Shown here: positions 1-12,006 of the stretch, in pieces | Layout of the letters: each line of letters starts with the position of its first letter | How positions within the stretch are numbered: the first letter of the stretch is position 1 | Source of the DNA: Malacoraja senta | Taxonomy: Eukaryota | Direction of reading: 5' to 3' | Length of the DNA stretch: 64,000 nt | NCBI GenBank assembly: GCA_038087875.1 | Contig: JAXLNO010000676.1 | Coordinates: 1 to 64,000, forward strand | The notes under the pieces: generated by a model | Told to the model about the DNA's origin: nothing | The model's input: the letters and a program-made list of their open reading frames with translations, nothing else | Database searches by the model: none | Position numbers and translations under genes: made by a program

Positions 1-413
1 GAGACGGAATGTGTCATTCGTTACGGTATATCGTTCAAATACCCGCGGACATAGATTTATGTAAGAGAGGCAAAGTTTAAAGGAGATACTGGGGCAAGTT
101 TTTTTTTACACAGTGGGTGGTGAGTGCCTGAGGTGGAGGTTGAAGTAGATACAACAGTGCCATTTACAGTAAAAGGCTTTAGGAGAGGCACATGGACATG
201 CAGGGGAATGGAGGACCTCATTGAAAATTTGAGGTTTGCATAGGGTGGATGTTCCAGGCACGTGCCGTCAGGGTAGGCGAGGTAGGCAGTGCCTACCCTG
301 ACTAAAATTATAACAAGGTAATTATTAAATATGAATAGTAAAATAATTTACTAAATTCAGTATTTATTATTAAATGGTTTATTATTTTAATAATCGGTCT
401 TAGGTAGGCATAA

Positions 414-597
414 AGGGCCTGTCTCACTGTGGGGACCTAAATTGGCAACTTTAGAAGAGTTTGCTCTCGACTAATACTCGCAGCATGGTTGACACGAGGT
501 CCTAGGAGGTCTTTGTAACTCCTTCATGCTCGAGAGTAGTCCCCGCGTACTCAGTTAAGGGGCTCAGCTGGATGCACACACACACACCCGCACCACA

Positions 598-656
<59 letters not shown>

Positions 657-660
657 CACG

Positions 661-697
<37 letters not shown>

Positions 698-1288
698 CCC
701 CCCACAAAAGGCGGGGGCCAGGGAAAGTGGGGGAGCGCTGCCTGAAATTCACACCCGCGATGAAGAGGTAGGTAAAAGATGGCTGCACAGTGTACGGTAA
801 GTCCTTTAGAGAGCACGGGAGAGAAGGAGAGAGAAGGGGGGAGAAGGGGGGGGAGAGAAGGAGTAGAGACACTTTTAAGAAGCCTGACAACGTTTAATAA
901 AGTTTAGCGGGCGTTTAACATTACCGGTTGGTTTTCCTTGGTCCTGAAAACTCCAATGAGCCAATTAAAATGCCCGGTCAGCGAAGGAGATTGCCTAAGG
1001 CTGCCCTCGACTGCCTGTCACAAAATAGTGACCCCGCTCCACTGCATTACGCGTTAAAAAGAACCATGCCGACCAATTTTTACTCGCGGAAAATTTTTCA
1101 GCATGCTGAAACATTTTCCTCGACCAAACTGAGGCCGCGTGTATGCGGAAACTTCCCTCGAGCATGAAGGAGAGTTCCAGTGACTTCATAGGACCTCCTA
1201 GGACCACGTGTCGACCATGCTGCAAGTTTGAGTCGAGGGCAAACTCTTCTAAACTCGCAGATTAGGTTGCCGCAGTGGGACAGCCCCT
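414..1288. mobile_element. PIF/Harbinger-type non-autonomous DNA transposon (long-TIR type A)
   Basis: Ends AGGGCCTGTCTCACTG...CAGTGGGACAGCCCCT with TAA/TTA flanks. Imperfect inverted repeats extend over 100 bp. No ORF. Confidence 0.8.
574..694. repeat. (GCAC)n/(CA)n compound microsatellite inside the Harbinger MITE
   Basis: Seen directly; it explains the low-complexity VRAC ORFs. Confidence 0.97.
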
Positions 1289-2479
1289 TTAGGTCGCGGC
1301 GTTTTTTCAGCACGCTGAAAAATGCCCGCGATAAAAAAAGGTCGCCATGGAAAAAACGCACACCTCCAGATTCAGGGGCAGTTTCTTCCCAGCTGTTATC
1401 AGGCAACTGAACCATCCTACCAACAACTTGAGAGCAGTCCTAAACTACTATCTACTTCATTCAAGACCCTTGGACTATCTTTAATATGACCTTATGAACA
1501 GTAATCGCAGTGAATGATGGATGAAATAAGAGCCGAATTAGGCCATTCGGACCATCAAATCTACTCCACCATTCGATCATGGCTGATCTAGCTTCCCCTC
1601 TCGACCCCATTCTCCTGCCTTCTCCCCATAACCCCTGACACTATTTGATTAGTACGGGTGTCAGGGGTTATGGGGAGAAGGCAGGAGAATGGGGTGAGGA
1701 GGGAGAGATAGATCAGCCATGATTGAATGGCGGAGTAGACTTGATGGGCCGAATGGCCTAATTCTACTCCTGTCACGTATGACCTTTTGACCTTATGACC
1801 CGTCACTGTCGGAAAGATAATGAGCAAATCAACGGAACTAAAGAGAAACAGGTGTCGCGGAAGAACTAATGTACGAGCCTCCACCACTGAGTGTTAAAAT
1901 AAGTGGCTGTGGCGATAGCAGTTGCATTGGCCGTGATCTTGTGAAATTCCCTAAATTCTGGAAAGAAGCCGGCAGATTGGAACATTTCAAAAGGGAACGA
2001 ACAGGGAAACTGGATCTCAGGCCAAGACCCTGTTGGTCATGAAGCTATACACAACATGCTGGAGTAACTCAGCGGGGACAGGCAGCATCTCTGGAGAGAA
2101 GGAACGGGGGAAGTTTCGGGTCGAGACGGATCTGCTCCTGTTGGACATGATCTTACTGGGTGACGGAGGTGGCCACTGGGAATTGCGACTTACCCCTGTT
2201 CCTATTTCCTACATTCTGACAACTTGCTGCCAAATTTGACGCAATGCCTTCAATTCCTGAGCTCCAAAACTAACAGCAAAGGTTGCTCTCTGTCCCTTTC
2301 AGTTCAAGAGTCAAGAGTCATAAGGTCTTAAGGACAGAGGTGATAGGAGAAGAATTAGCCATTCGGGCCCATCAAGCCTACTCCGCCATTCAATCATGGC
2401 TGATCTATCTCTCCCTCCTAACCCCATTCTCCTGCCTTCTCCCCATAACCCCTGACACCCGTACTAATCAAGAATCTAT

Positions 2480-3320
2480 CTATTTTGCCACCTCCAGCGG
2501 GATTCCACCACTAGCCACATCATCCCATCTCCACCATTCCGCAGAAACCGTTTCCATCCGCAACTCCCTGGTTAACTCATCCCATCCCGCCCAAACCATC
2601 CCCTCCCCAGGTACTTTCCTTTGCAACCGCAGGAGATGCAACACCTGTCCTATACCTCCCCCCCTCGACTCCATCCAAAGACCCCAACAGTCTTTTCAGG
2701 TGAGGCAGAGGTTCACTTGCACCTCCTCCAACCTCATCTACTATATCCGCTGTTCCAGGTGTGGATTTCGGTATATCGGCGAGACCAAGCGCAGGCTCAG
2801 CGATCGTTTCGCTGAACACCTCGCCTCAGTCTGCCTAATCCTACCGATCTCCAGGTTGCTCAACACTTTAACTCCCCCCTCCCATTCCCACACTGACCTT
2901 TCTGTCCTGGGCCTCCTCCATTGTCAGAGTGACACCCAATGCAAATTGGAGGAACGGCACCTCATATTTCACTTGGGCAGGTTACACCCCAGCAGTATGA
3001 ACATTGACTTCTCTAACTCCAAATAACCTTCTTTCTGTCTCACCCCTGCCCTAGTTCTCTGACTAGTTTCACTGTCCTCTTGATTAATTTTACTGGTTGT
3101 ATGCATCTTCCCCTCAGCCAACAATGAACCACTCTACATTTCCTTGACCCTCGTCTGCTTTGATCTCCCGTTTTCACAGCTCACCCTTCCATATCTCTAG
3201 TCTCCCTCTCCCCTGCCTCTCAGTCTGAAGAAGGGTCTCGACCCCGAATCTCACTCATTGCTTCTCTCCAGAGATGCTGCCTGTCCCGCTGAGTTGCTCC
3301 AGCATTTTGTGTCTATCTCC
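2480..3320 (+). mobile_element. Penelope-like element 3' part (GIY-YIG endonuclease plus pseudo-LTR)
   Basis: ORF contains CNRRRCNTC and NLIYYIRCSRCGFRYIGETKRRLSDRFAEH (GIY-YIG), followed by a pLTR with a decayed CTGAAGA..GAA hammerhead motif at about 3224. Confidence 0.9.
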
Positions 3321-3624
3321 TTGACGGTTGTCCTTGTCTGAAAAGTTATTGCGATTAAAGAACTTGTTAACTCTCACTCACACCTCGTAAGGACATAAGT
3401 GATAGGAGCAGAATTGGGCCATTCGGCCCATCGAGTCTACTCCACCATTCAATCATGGCTGATCTATCTCTCCCTCCCAACCCCATTCTCCTGCCTTCTC
3501 CCCCATAACCCCTGACACCCGGACTAATGAAGAACCTGTCTATCTCTGCTGTAAAAATATAGACTATAGACAATAGGTGCAGGAGTAGGCCATTCGGCCT
3601 TTCGAGCCAGCACCGCCATTCACT

Positions 3625-4950
3625 GTGTACCTCACACTTAACACTGCCACCCAACTTTGTGTCATCTGCAAATTTGCTAATGTTACTTTTAATCCCTTCA
3701 TCTAAATCATTGATGTTTATTGTAAATAGCTGTGGTCCCAGCACCGAGCCTTCCTGTACCCCACTAGTCACTGCCTGCCATTCTGAAAGAGACCCGTTAA
3801 TCCTACTCTTTGTTTCCTGTCTGCCAACCAATTTTCTATCCATGTCAGTACCCTACCCCCAATACCATGTGCTCTAGTTTTGCCCACTAATCTCCTATGT
3901 GGGACCTTATCAAATGCTTTCTGAAAGTCTAGATGCACTACATCCACTGGCTCTCCCTAGTCCATTTTCCTAATTACATCCTCAAAAAATTCCAGAAGAT
4001 TAGTCAAGCATGATTTCCCCTTCGTAAATCAATGCTGACTTCGGACCGATCCTGTTATTGCTATCCAAATGTGCCGCTATTTCATCTTTTATAATTGACT
4101 CCAGCATCTTCCCCACCACCGATATCAGGCTAACTGGTCTATAATTCCCTGTTTTCTCTCTCCTGCCTTTCTTAAAAAGTGGGATAACATTAGCTGCCTC
4201 CAATCCACAGGAACTGATCCTGAATATATAGAACATTGGAAAATTATCACCAATACGTCCACGATTTCTAGAGCCACTTCCTTAAGTACCCTGGATGCAG
4301 ACCATCAGGCCCTGGGGATTTATCAGCCTTCAGTCCCATCAGTCTATCCAGCACCATTTCCTGCCCAATGTGAATTTCCTTCAGTTCCTCCGTCACCCTA
4401 GGTCCTCTGGCCACTGGTACGTCTGGGAGATAGTTTGTATCTTCCTTAGTGAAGACAGATCCAAAGTACCTGTTCAGCTCATCTGCCTTCATTGTTCGCC
4501 ATAATAAATGCACCTGTTTCTGTCTTCAAGGGACCCACATTTGTCTTAACTAATTTTTTCCTCTTCACATACCTAAAGAAGCTTTTACTATCCTTTATAT
4601 TTTGGGCTAGCTTACCTTCGCACCTCATCTTTTCTCCCCGTATTGCCTTTTTAGTTATCTTCTATTGCTCTTTAAAAGTTTCCCAATTCTCTGGCTTCCC
4701 GCTCTTCTTTGCGATGTTATACTTTCTTCTCTTTTATTTTTATACTGTCCTTGACTTCCCTTGTCAGCCATGGTCGCCCCTTACTCCCCTTAGAATCTTT
4801 CTTCCTCTTTGGAATGAACTGATCCTGCACCTTCTGTATTATTCCCAGAAATACCTGCCATTGTTGTTCCACTGTCATCCCTGCTAGGGTCTCATTCCAG
4901 TCAACTTTGGCCAGCTCCTCCCTCATGCCTCCAAAGTCCCCTTTGCTCCA
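3625..4950 (-). mobile_element. Degraded CR1-clade LINE, RT region
   Basis: Frameshifted ORFs with [33 protein letters not shown] and [11 protein letters not shown]. Confidence 0.92.
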
Positions 4951-5306
4951 CTGACTTGGCCTCCACAGCCTTCTGTGGCAATGAATTCCACAGATTCACC
5001 ACCCTCTGACTACATCGTACTAATGCTCTTTGGGCTAAAGGAATCAAGGGATTTGGGGACAAAGCAAGAACGGGTTACTGATTTTAGATGATCAGCCATG
5101 ATCATATTGAATGGTGGTGCTGGGTCGAAGGGCCGAATGGCCAACTCCTGCACCTATGTTTCTAATGTTGTGTAAATTATCCTGATACCCCCTTGTCCTC
5201 TGCTCCAGTTCCTTTCCACTTGTATTCCTACATCTCCAAAGGCATTTCCATTTTTACCATTTCCAATTCCATAATCCCAATGAATGTATCTTTTATGCCT
5301 TTTTAA

Positions 5307-5595
5307 GGGCGGCCACAGTGGTGCAGCGGGTAGAGCTGCTGCCTCACAGCGCCAGAGGCCCAGTTCCATCCCGACCACGGGTGCCGTCTGTACGGACTTT
5401 GTACGTTCTCCCAGTGACCTGCGTGGGTTTTCTCCGGGTGCTCCGGTTTCCTCCCACGCACCAAAGACGTGCAGGTTAATTGGCTTCTGCAGACTGTAAA
5501 TTGTCCCGATTGTGTGTAGGATGGTGGCTCGTGTGCTGGTCGGCGCGGACTCGGAGGGCCGAAGGGTCTGTTTCCACACCGTATCTCTAAAGTCT
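5307..5595 (+). mobile_element. HE1-type tRNA-derived V-SINE (representative; further copies near 24460-24770, 28340-28645, 35965-36290, 37930-38195, 43113-43418, 44846-45130, 47116-47410, 53288-53615, 57355-57660, 62060-62365, 62870-63105, 63148-63455)
   Basis: tRNA-like head with A/B boxes, central V-domain GGAGTTTGTACGTTCTCCCCGTGACCTGCGTGGGTTTTCTCCGG, and a CR1-like tail GGGCCGAAGGGCCTGTTTCC followed by (CTAAA)n. Confidence 0.9.
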
Positions 5596-6241
5596 TTAAT
5601 TTGATCTCATGTTAATGAATGAACCATACAATGTTATGGGGCAGCAGATTCTAATAGATGGCATGGCTGGTTTTAGGCTGAAGAATTAATTGACAACTCA
5701 TAAAAGTGCACAGCATACCTTATTTCTGGAGGATACGGCACGCACAGTAGAGTGAATGACATGTACCATGGGAAGGAACTGCAGATGCTGGTTTAACACG
5801 AAGATAGACACAAAAAGCTGGAATAATGGTTGCAAGGTGGCGCAGCGGTAGAGTTGCTGCCTTACAGCGATTACAGCACCAATTGGCCAAATTTTTGTGC
5901 CTTCCACCACAGTTGAATGCTGTGGTGGATGTTTGTGTTACATTTTTTGTTGTGGTTGTGTGTTCTTTATTATTGTATCGCTGCTGACAACCCAAGAATT
6001 CCACCAGCTTGGCTGTGTGGTCATTAAAAATACTATACTATACTATACTATACTGTGACCCGGGTTCGATCCTGACTACGGGTGCCGTCTGTACGGAGTT
6101 TGTACGTTCTCCCCGTGACCACGTGGGTTTTCTCCGTTATCTTCGGTTTCCTCCCACGCTCCAAAGACGTGCAGGTTTGCAGGTTAATTGGTTTGTGTAA
6201 ACAAGTTGAGTCTGACTGACTTGTAGCTTTACTTAACGTTT

Positions 6242-6760
6242 TTTTTAAATTTATTTTTTTTTAATTTTTTTTTATTTTTATTTATTAGAAGTACATTACA
6301 TTACAACCACATACATTAATACTCGTCATTTATATCTTCTTACAATTAATGTACTCCCTTTATTTATTTTTTTTACACTAGAAAAAGAAAAGATTGAAAG
6401 AAAGAAGAAAGTGAAGGAAAAAGTGCAAGTGTAGAAAAGTGTAGAAAATGTAACAACAAAAAAGGACGAAGACCCTATAAGAGCGAAATTAAAAACAAAA
6501 AGAAAAAGAGTTAAGAAATAGGCCCTAAGAAAAGAAAGAGAAAGAGAAAAAAAGAGAAACAAATGTTTTTTTTTTGAGCATCACGTAAATAGGACATACC
6601 AACTCTTCAACTATCATCCCCCTTACCTGACCTCAATTTTTTTATTTTTTTTAAAGTACTTTTGCACCCTATGTTTGTAATAATTCTATAAATGCAGACC
6701 ACGTCAGGTGGAAGTGATCTGGTTTACCTGCTAGGAGGAGTCTTATCTCTTCTAGGTGTT
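6242..6760 (-). mobile_element. 5'-truncated L1-clade LINE 3' end inside the Gypsy LTR
   Basis: ORF2-like end HLEEIRLLLAGKPDHFHLTWSAFIELLQT*, A-rich tail, and TSD GCTTTACTTAACGTTT at 6226 and 6761. Confidence 0.85.
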
Positions 6761-6873
6761 GCTTTACTTAACGTTTAATGATAACTCAGGTTAAACAAGT
6801 TCCAGCAATGACTGCACCCAGTCTGTCATCATGCTGGAACAAGGGAGGAGCAAGAGAGAGAGAGAGTTCTTAT

Positions 6874-7354
6874 GGTACACAAAAAATGCTGGTGAAACTC
6901 AGCGGGTGCAGCAGCATCTATGGAGCGAAGGAAATAGGCAACGTTTCGGGCCGAAACCCTTCTTCAGACTGATAGGGGGTGGGAGAAGAAAGGAAAAAAG
7001 GAAAAAGGCGGAGGAGGAGCCCGAGGGCTGGGGGAGGGGAGGAGACAACCAGATGGCTGATGAAGGGGAGGGGACAGCAAGGGCTAGCAGAATTGGGAGA
7101 ATTCAATGTTCAAGCCCCCAGGATGTAGACTGCCCAAGCGGAATATGAGGTGCATTTCCTCCAATTTCCGGTGTTGCTCGCTGTGGCCATGGAGGAGACC
7201 CAGGACAGAGAGGTCAGATACGGAATGGGAGGGGGAGTTGAAGTGCTGAGCCACCGGGGAGATCAGGTTGGTTATTGCGGACCGACCGGAGGTGTTCGGC
7301 GAAACGATCGCCAAGCCTCCGCTTGGTCTCACCGATGTAGATCAGCTGGCATCT
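6874..7354 (-). mobile_element. 5'-truncated Penelope-like element inside the Gypsy LTR
   Basis: GIY-YIG C-terminus (RKLEEMHLIFRLGSLHPGGLNIEFSQF), hammerhead motif in the pLTR, and TSD AGAGAGTTCTTAT at 6861 and 7355. Confidence 0.9.
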
Positions 7355-7504
7355 AGAGAGTTCTTATACTTGATAACTAAGGCGTGGTTAGTAGTAGTGA
7401 GGTAGCTATATTATTGGTTGCATGCATTAACAATCTACATCCTTCCCCTTAGAAATCAAATACAATTGGAGCCGAGGTGGTGTCATTACACACAGCATGC
7501 TAGT

Positions 7505-9823
7505 TTAAACAAAGTCGCCGTAGCGGACAGGCGGCTTAACAATGCGACCCGAACGCGTGCGTACAGCGCCTTCCCCCCCCCCATCGGAAAGAAGAGAAGG
7601 CGTAGCGGAGGCAGGCAAGAATGTTAAAGGAGGAGGAGACGCAGTCGGAGCTGGAGAGACAGGGGGAGGAGGCGAACGTGCAGGAGGTGAAGCAACCCGA
7701 CCAAAACCTGGCGGCAACGGAGGAGGAGAACGCAACAAGCGAGGGGACTGGGGCATGCAGGGAGCAGCAGGGTGATCGGTAGCAGCAAGTAGGAACCGCA
7801 ACGGAGGAGCATAAGGAGCCACAGGTGGAGGCTTCGGCTCGTTCACAGCCAACAGGTGTTGACGGCTCCGCCGATAGACAGTCCCATCGTAATCTACCAG
7901 GTAGGATCTTGGAGAGTCGTCCACACCAACCACGGTCGCGAGGCGGGAATAGCCGGTGGTGGTCCGCATCCGAACGACCTGGCCGGGTAGTAGAGGCAGC
8001 AGAGGTCGGCAGGACTTGTCGTGGGAACGTCGTTGAACCTCATGCTTCTGTTCGATCCGCTGTTGGACAGTGGCAGGATCGAGCACTTTGGGTAGCAGGG
8101 ACTGCTGGGCGATTGGCATAGGTTGTCTTGTCATCCTTGGCATCAGACGCTGGGCAGGGGAACCCATGGTCGGGTCCCGGGAGATGTTACGTAGGTTAAG
8201 TAAGCCCAGGAAGAAATCGCAGTTGGACAGGCGGGACTGCTCCAGCAGGCCCTTAGCACTCCGCACGGCCCGTTCAGCCAGGCCGTTACTCTGAGGGTAC
8301 TCTGGGCTGCTGGTGTAGTGATGCAAGTTCCATCTGGCAGCGAAAGCCTTGAACTCGGCACTTGTAAATTGCCGGCCATTGTCGGTCTGCAAGCGGACAG
8401 GGGCACCGAAGGTGGCGAAGTACTTACGCAGTTTGCTGATGACCATCTCGGAGGTGATGGAAGGAAGGAGGTCAACCTCGAACCAGTTGGAGTACGAATC
8501 CACCAGGACGAGAAACTGCTTGCCCCGCCATTCGAATATGTCGGCAGCCAGCGATGTCCAGGGCATGGTAGGCGCCGGCTGCTGCAAAAGAGGCTGACGC
8601 TGCTGGTGTGGGGTGAGGTTGATGCAGGAGGAATAAGAGGACACTCGGTAGTTGGCCATGCCAGGCCAGTAGAACTGTCCCTGAGCATGAGAAACAGTGG
8701 CCTCGACCCCAGGATGACCACTGTGGGCTGCGTTGTAGTATAGATCATACAGAGAGGCTGGGACCACGACCTTGTGGCCTTTGACGATAACCCCATCCTG
8801 GATCACCAGCTCATCGCGGACCAGGAAGAACGGTTGGGCACCCGATGGCAAGGTGGTGCGTCTGTCGGGCCACCCACGCCTGATGACGACTGCCAGCTGC
8901 TGCAAAGCAGGGTCAGCGGCTGTGTGCTCGATCAGGCACTGCAGCTGCTTGGTTGGGACAAAGTTGACGTTCAGTACCAACAGGTCTTCCTGCTCGTAGC
9001 GGTGACGGTCACAGGATGCTCGTAGGGCACGAGAAAGTGTGTCAGCCACATGCATCTCCGTGTCCTTCTTGTATATGATTTAGAAATCAAAACGCTGGAG
9101 CTGCAGCATCATACGCTGGAGTCTGGCAGGGGCAACATGTATGGGCTTGTTAAGAATAGTCACTAGTGGCTGGTGGTCGGTTTCGACTGTGAATCGGCAG
9201 CCGAAGAGGAAGTCTTTGAATTTTGAACAAGCAAACACCACCGCCAGGAGCTCCTTCTCGATCTGAGCATACCGTTGCTCCGTGTCGGTCATGGTCCGCG
9301 AGGCATATGAGACCGGTAGCAGGGAGCCGTCGCCGTAGAGCTGCAGGCAAGCAGCACCCAGTTCGAAATGAGACGCATCACAGGTCACAACAATGGGACG
9401 GCGCAGGTCGAAGAATTTGAGTGTCGGGGTGCTGGTCAGCTTAGACTTCAGACATTCGAAAGCCTGCTGGTGTTGTGGAAACCAGGACCAGGCAGTGTCT
9501 TTTTTAGTTAGCTGCCTCAGGGATGAGCTCAGCTCACTGAGATTCGGTATAAACTTCCCGAGGTAATTGACCATGCCCAGGAATCGTTGCAGACTGAGGA
9601 CGTCGGTTGGGGCTGGCATCTCGGAGATTGCAATGGTCTTTTGCGGGTCGGGCTTCAGTCCATTAGAAGTGAAGATGTGCCCGACGTACGGCACTTCGGA
9701 GACGCGGAATCTGCATTTTTTTTCATTCAGTTTTAAATTGATCTGCCGGGCCCGGTCCAGGACTCGGCGGAGGTTCTGGCCATGTTTGGCGGCATTCTTC
9801 CCGTAGACTAGGATATCATCGAT
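7505..9823 (-). pseudogene. pol: Truncated Gypsy pol (C-terminal RT, RNase H, integrase)
   Basis: IDDILVYG, YVGHIF, FLGMVNYL, CDAS, YAQIEKELLA and ETDHQPL, then one in-frame stop at 9080, then ADTLSR, HSGHPG, LVLVDSYS, TDNGRQF and YPQSNGLAERAV. Confidence 0.93.
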
Positions 9824-9857
9824 GGAGGCGTGGGTTCGAATCCCACTTCTGACACCA
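9821..9857 (+). other. 37-nt copy of the tRNA-Leu(CAA) 3' end including CCA (extended primer-binding site)
   Basis: GATGGAGGCGTGGGTTCGAATCCCACTTCTGACACCA = variable-arm 3' strand, T-arm, acceptor strand and CCA. Not a tRNA gene, because the 5' half is absent. Confidence 0.9.
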
Positions 9858-10072
9858 TGTAAAGAAGTTAAGTCTGACTCACTTGTAGCTTTATTTAACG
9901 TTTAATGATAACTCAGGTTAAACACGTTCCAGCACTGACTGCACCCAGTCTGTCATCTTGCTGGAACCAGGGAGGAGCAAGAGAGAGAGAGAGTTCTTAT
10001 ACTTGATAACTAAGGCGTGGTTAGTAGTAGTGAGGTAGCTATATTATTGGTTGCATGCATAAACCATCTACA
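9858..10072 (-). repeat. 5' LTR (215 bp) of the Gypsy element
   Basis: Direct repeat of the interrupted LTR at 6196-7439; abuts the PBS; contains the inverted repeat GTTCCAGCA...TGCTGGAAC. Confidence 0.95.
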
Positions 10073-10605
10073 GTTTGGTATAAATGTAAATTGTCCCTAG
10101 TGTGTGTTGGATAGTGTTAGTGTGCGGGGATCGCTGGTCGGTGCGGACTCGGTGGGCTGAAGGGCTTGTTTCCGCGCTGCATCTCCAAACTAAACCAAAC
10201 TAAACTCAGCCGGTCAGACATCATCTCTGGAGAAAAGTAATAGGCGACGTTTCGAGTCGAGACCCTTCTTCGGACTGAGAGTCAGGGGAAAGGGAAACGA
10301 GAGATGTAGAGAGATACTAGACTAAGTGGGACGCGTTGGGTCCCATGTTCACATGGGAGGGTTGGTCCCCAATGCAATTTTCCACCACCAATTCCAATAT
10401 TGGTCGCCAGTGGGGGGGGGGGGGGCTTTCTGGAGCGCTAGTATGGGTATTGTGGGCTGAAGGGACTGGTTTCCAGAGGGCTAGTATGGACATTGTGGGA
10501 CAAATGGATTTTTGGGGTGACAGCTCAGTCACTCAAGCCTGATGTGCTGGCAGCTCACTCATGGCTGGTGGGCGAGCAGTTGACTCATGGCTATTCCTTG
10601 AAATT

Positions 10606-10958
10606 CCATTTCAAGCAGAGTGCAAGGCCACCGAATTCAAGTGCAGTTTTCGACCACTTCAAGCAGGGTGCAAGGCCACCGAATTCAAGTGCAGTTTCAT
10701 ACCACTTCAAGCAGGGTGCAGGGCCACCAAACTCAAGTGCAGTTTCATACCATTTCAAGCAGGGTGCAGGGCCACCAAACCCAAGTGCAGTTTCATACCA
10801 TTTCAAGCAGGATGCAAGGCCACCAAATTCAAGTGCAGTTTCATACCATTTCATGCAGGGTGCAAGGCCACCAAATTCAAATGCAGTTTCATACCATTTC
10901 ATGCATGGTACAACGACACCACATTCAAATGCAGTTTCATACTATTTCAAGCAGGGTG
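10606..10958. repeat. 48-bp minisatellite (about 7.3 copies) inside the Helitron
   Basis: Unit CCATTTCAAGCAGGGTGCAAGGCCACCAAATTCAAGTGCAGTTTCATA; gives 16-aa periodic ORFs. Confidence 0.95.
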
Positions 10959-11079
10959 AAACCACCATAAAACCACCATAAAACCACATAAAACACCACA
11001 TAAACACCACACACAGTTCAGTAGACATTCAGTGTGTTCAGTTGATTCACAGCTCAGACAGAGTAGTGACCTCTCCCTC

Positions 11080-11160
11080 CCCCATCTTGCAGAGACTGAG
11101 CCGCACCCACACTTCCGGGTTTTATAATCTCTCCCCCTCCCACCGGAAGGGGTGTGGCCT
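11080..11160 (-). promoter_or_regulatory. Candidate Pol II core promoter 1 in the Helitron
   Basis: Minus strand: CACACCC box, TATAAAA (11126-11120), ETS site CCGGAAGT, Inr-like TCAGTC (A at 11097, 29 nt from the TATA), then YY1-like CAAGATGG. Confidence 0.55.
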
Positions 11161-11202
11161 TCATGGCGTGATTGACAGGAGAGAGATTCTCAACATTTTT
11201 TT

Positions 11203-11842
11203 TCACTTAAATTTTTATTGATTTTTTCACAGAGTTATATACAAAACAGTGCAACACCATCACCATAAATAAAACAAAATAAGAAAAACAACAATCAAAA
11301 TTAAAAAATAAATAGATAGGGGATAAAAGGAAAGTAAATAAATTTTAAAAATGGAATAAAACCGTGTGGTTCATTTACCAAATTTAAAAAAAAGTTACAT
11401 TGATTAGTTATCTGGAGATATTTCAATATTCACACAAACATACTATCTAGTTCTATATAACACAATCTTCCCATATCTAGCTCGTCATTTATCTAGTTGG
11501 TGTCATAGCTCAAATAAACAGTCCATTTTTCCCAGATCTTCTCAAATGACTTCTCCTTGACTCTCAAGGAATATGTCAGTTTCTCCATATTAAAGATGTC
11601 TCGCACAATTTCTAACCACTGTTCCTGTTTTGGACTTTTTTCGTTAAGCCACTGCCTGGTAACGGCCTTCTTAGTTGCTGCAAGCAAAACTTTAATCAAA
11701 TATGTATCTTCTATCTTTACAATATCTTTAATGTGCCGCAGATACATCACAGGGCAGGTATTTGGGATTTTATAACCCAAGATATTTTTAACAACTGCGT
11801 TAACATTTTCCAAGTATGGCCATATCTTTACACAGTTCCAGA
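11203..11842 (-). mobile_element. L1-clade LINE 3' fragment inserted in the Helitron
   Basis: ORF2 C-terminus LLAATKKAVTRQWLNEKSP..W..MEKLTYSLRVKEKSFEKIWEKW, followed by AATAAA and an A-rich tail. Confidence 0.88.
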
Positions 11843-12006
11843 AAATATTTTTTTAAACACTAATAACACTTTTATTTTTCATTGATAGGAAGAATCCTCT
11901 GCACCTGATGAGCGGAGGGGGGCTGAGTAAGATGGCCAAAAATCACAGCCATAAGTGGTAGCGTTTTATCTAAAATCAATATACAGTGCAAACAGGAAGT
12001 TGTCCA

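Larger units (their letters stand above)
6196..7439 (-). repeat. 3' LTR of the Gypsy element, split by an L1 and a Penelope insertion
   Basis: Three segments reassemble into a 215-bp copy of 9858-10072 once the inserts and one copy of each TSD are removed. Confidence 0.93.
6196..10072 (-). mobile_element. Ty3/Gypsy LTR retrotransposon, internally deleted (no gag or protease), inserted into an HE1 SINE
   Basis: TG...CA LTRs, 5-bp TSD GTTTG (6191-6195 and 10073-10077), tRNA-Leu PBS and polypurine tract AAGGGGAAGGA (7440-7450). Order is RT-RNaseH-integrase. The SINE halves rejoin across it. Confidence 0.95.

Noticed and set aside
256..410. hAT-like element end CAGGCACGTGCCGTCAGGGTAGGC
   Set aside because: No matching second end or TSD was found, so it was not called.
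2190..2275. Exon ending in a perfect GG|gtaagt donor
   Set aside because: The sequence resembles decayed CR1 RT (GIEG..W..R.QRV region); no independent support.
9821..9857. tRNA-Leu gene
   Set aside because: Only the 3' 37 nt with encoded CCA are present; it is a reverse-transcribed primer copy.
10041..10062. let-7-like TGAGGTAG just upstream (10031) and at 7398 in the LTRs
   Set aside because: Only 8 nt match, the following bases diverge from let-7, and no pre-miRNA hairpin is evident.
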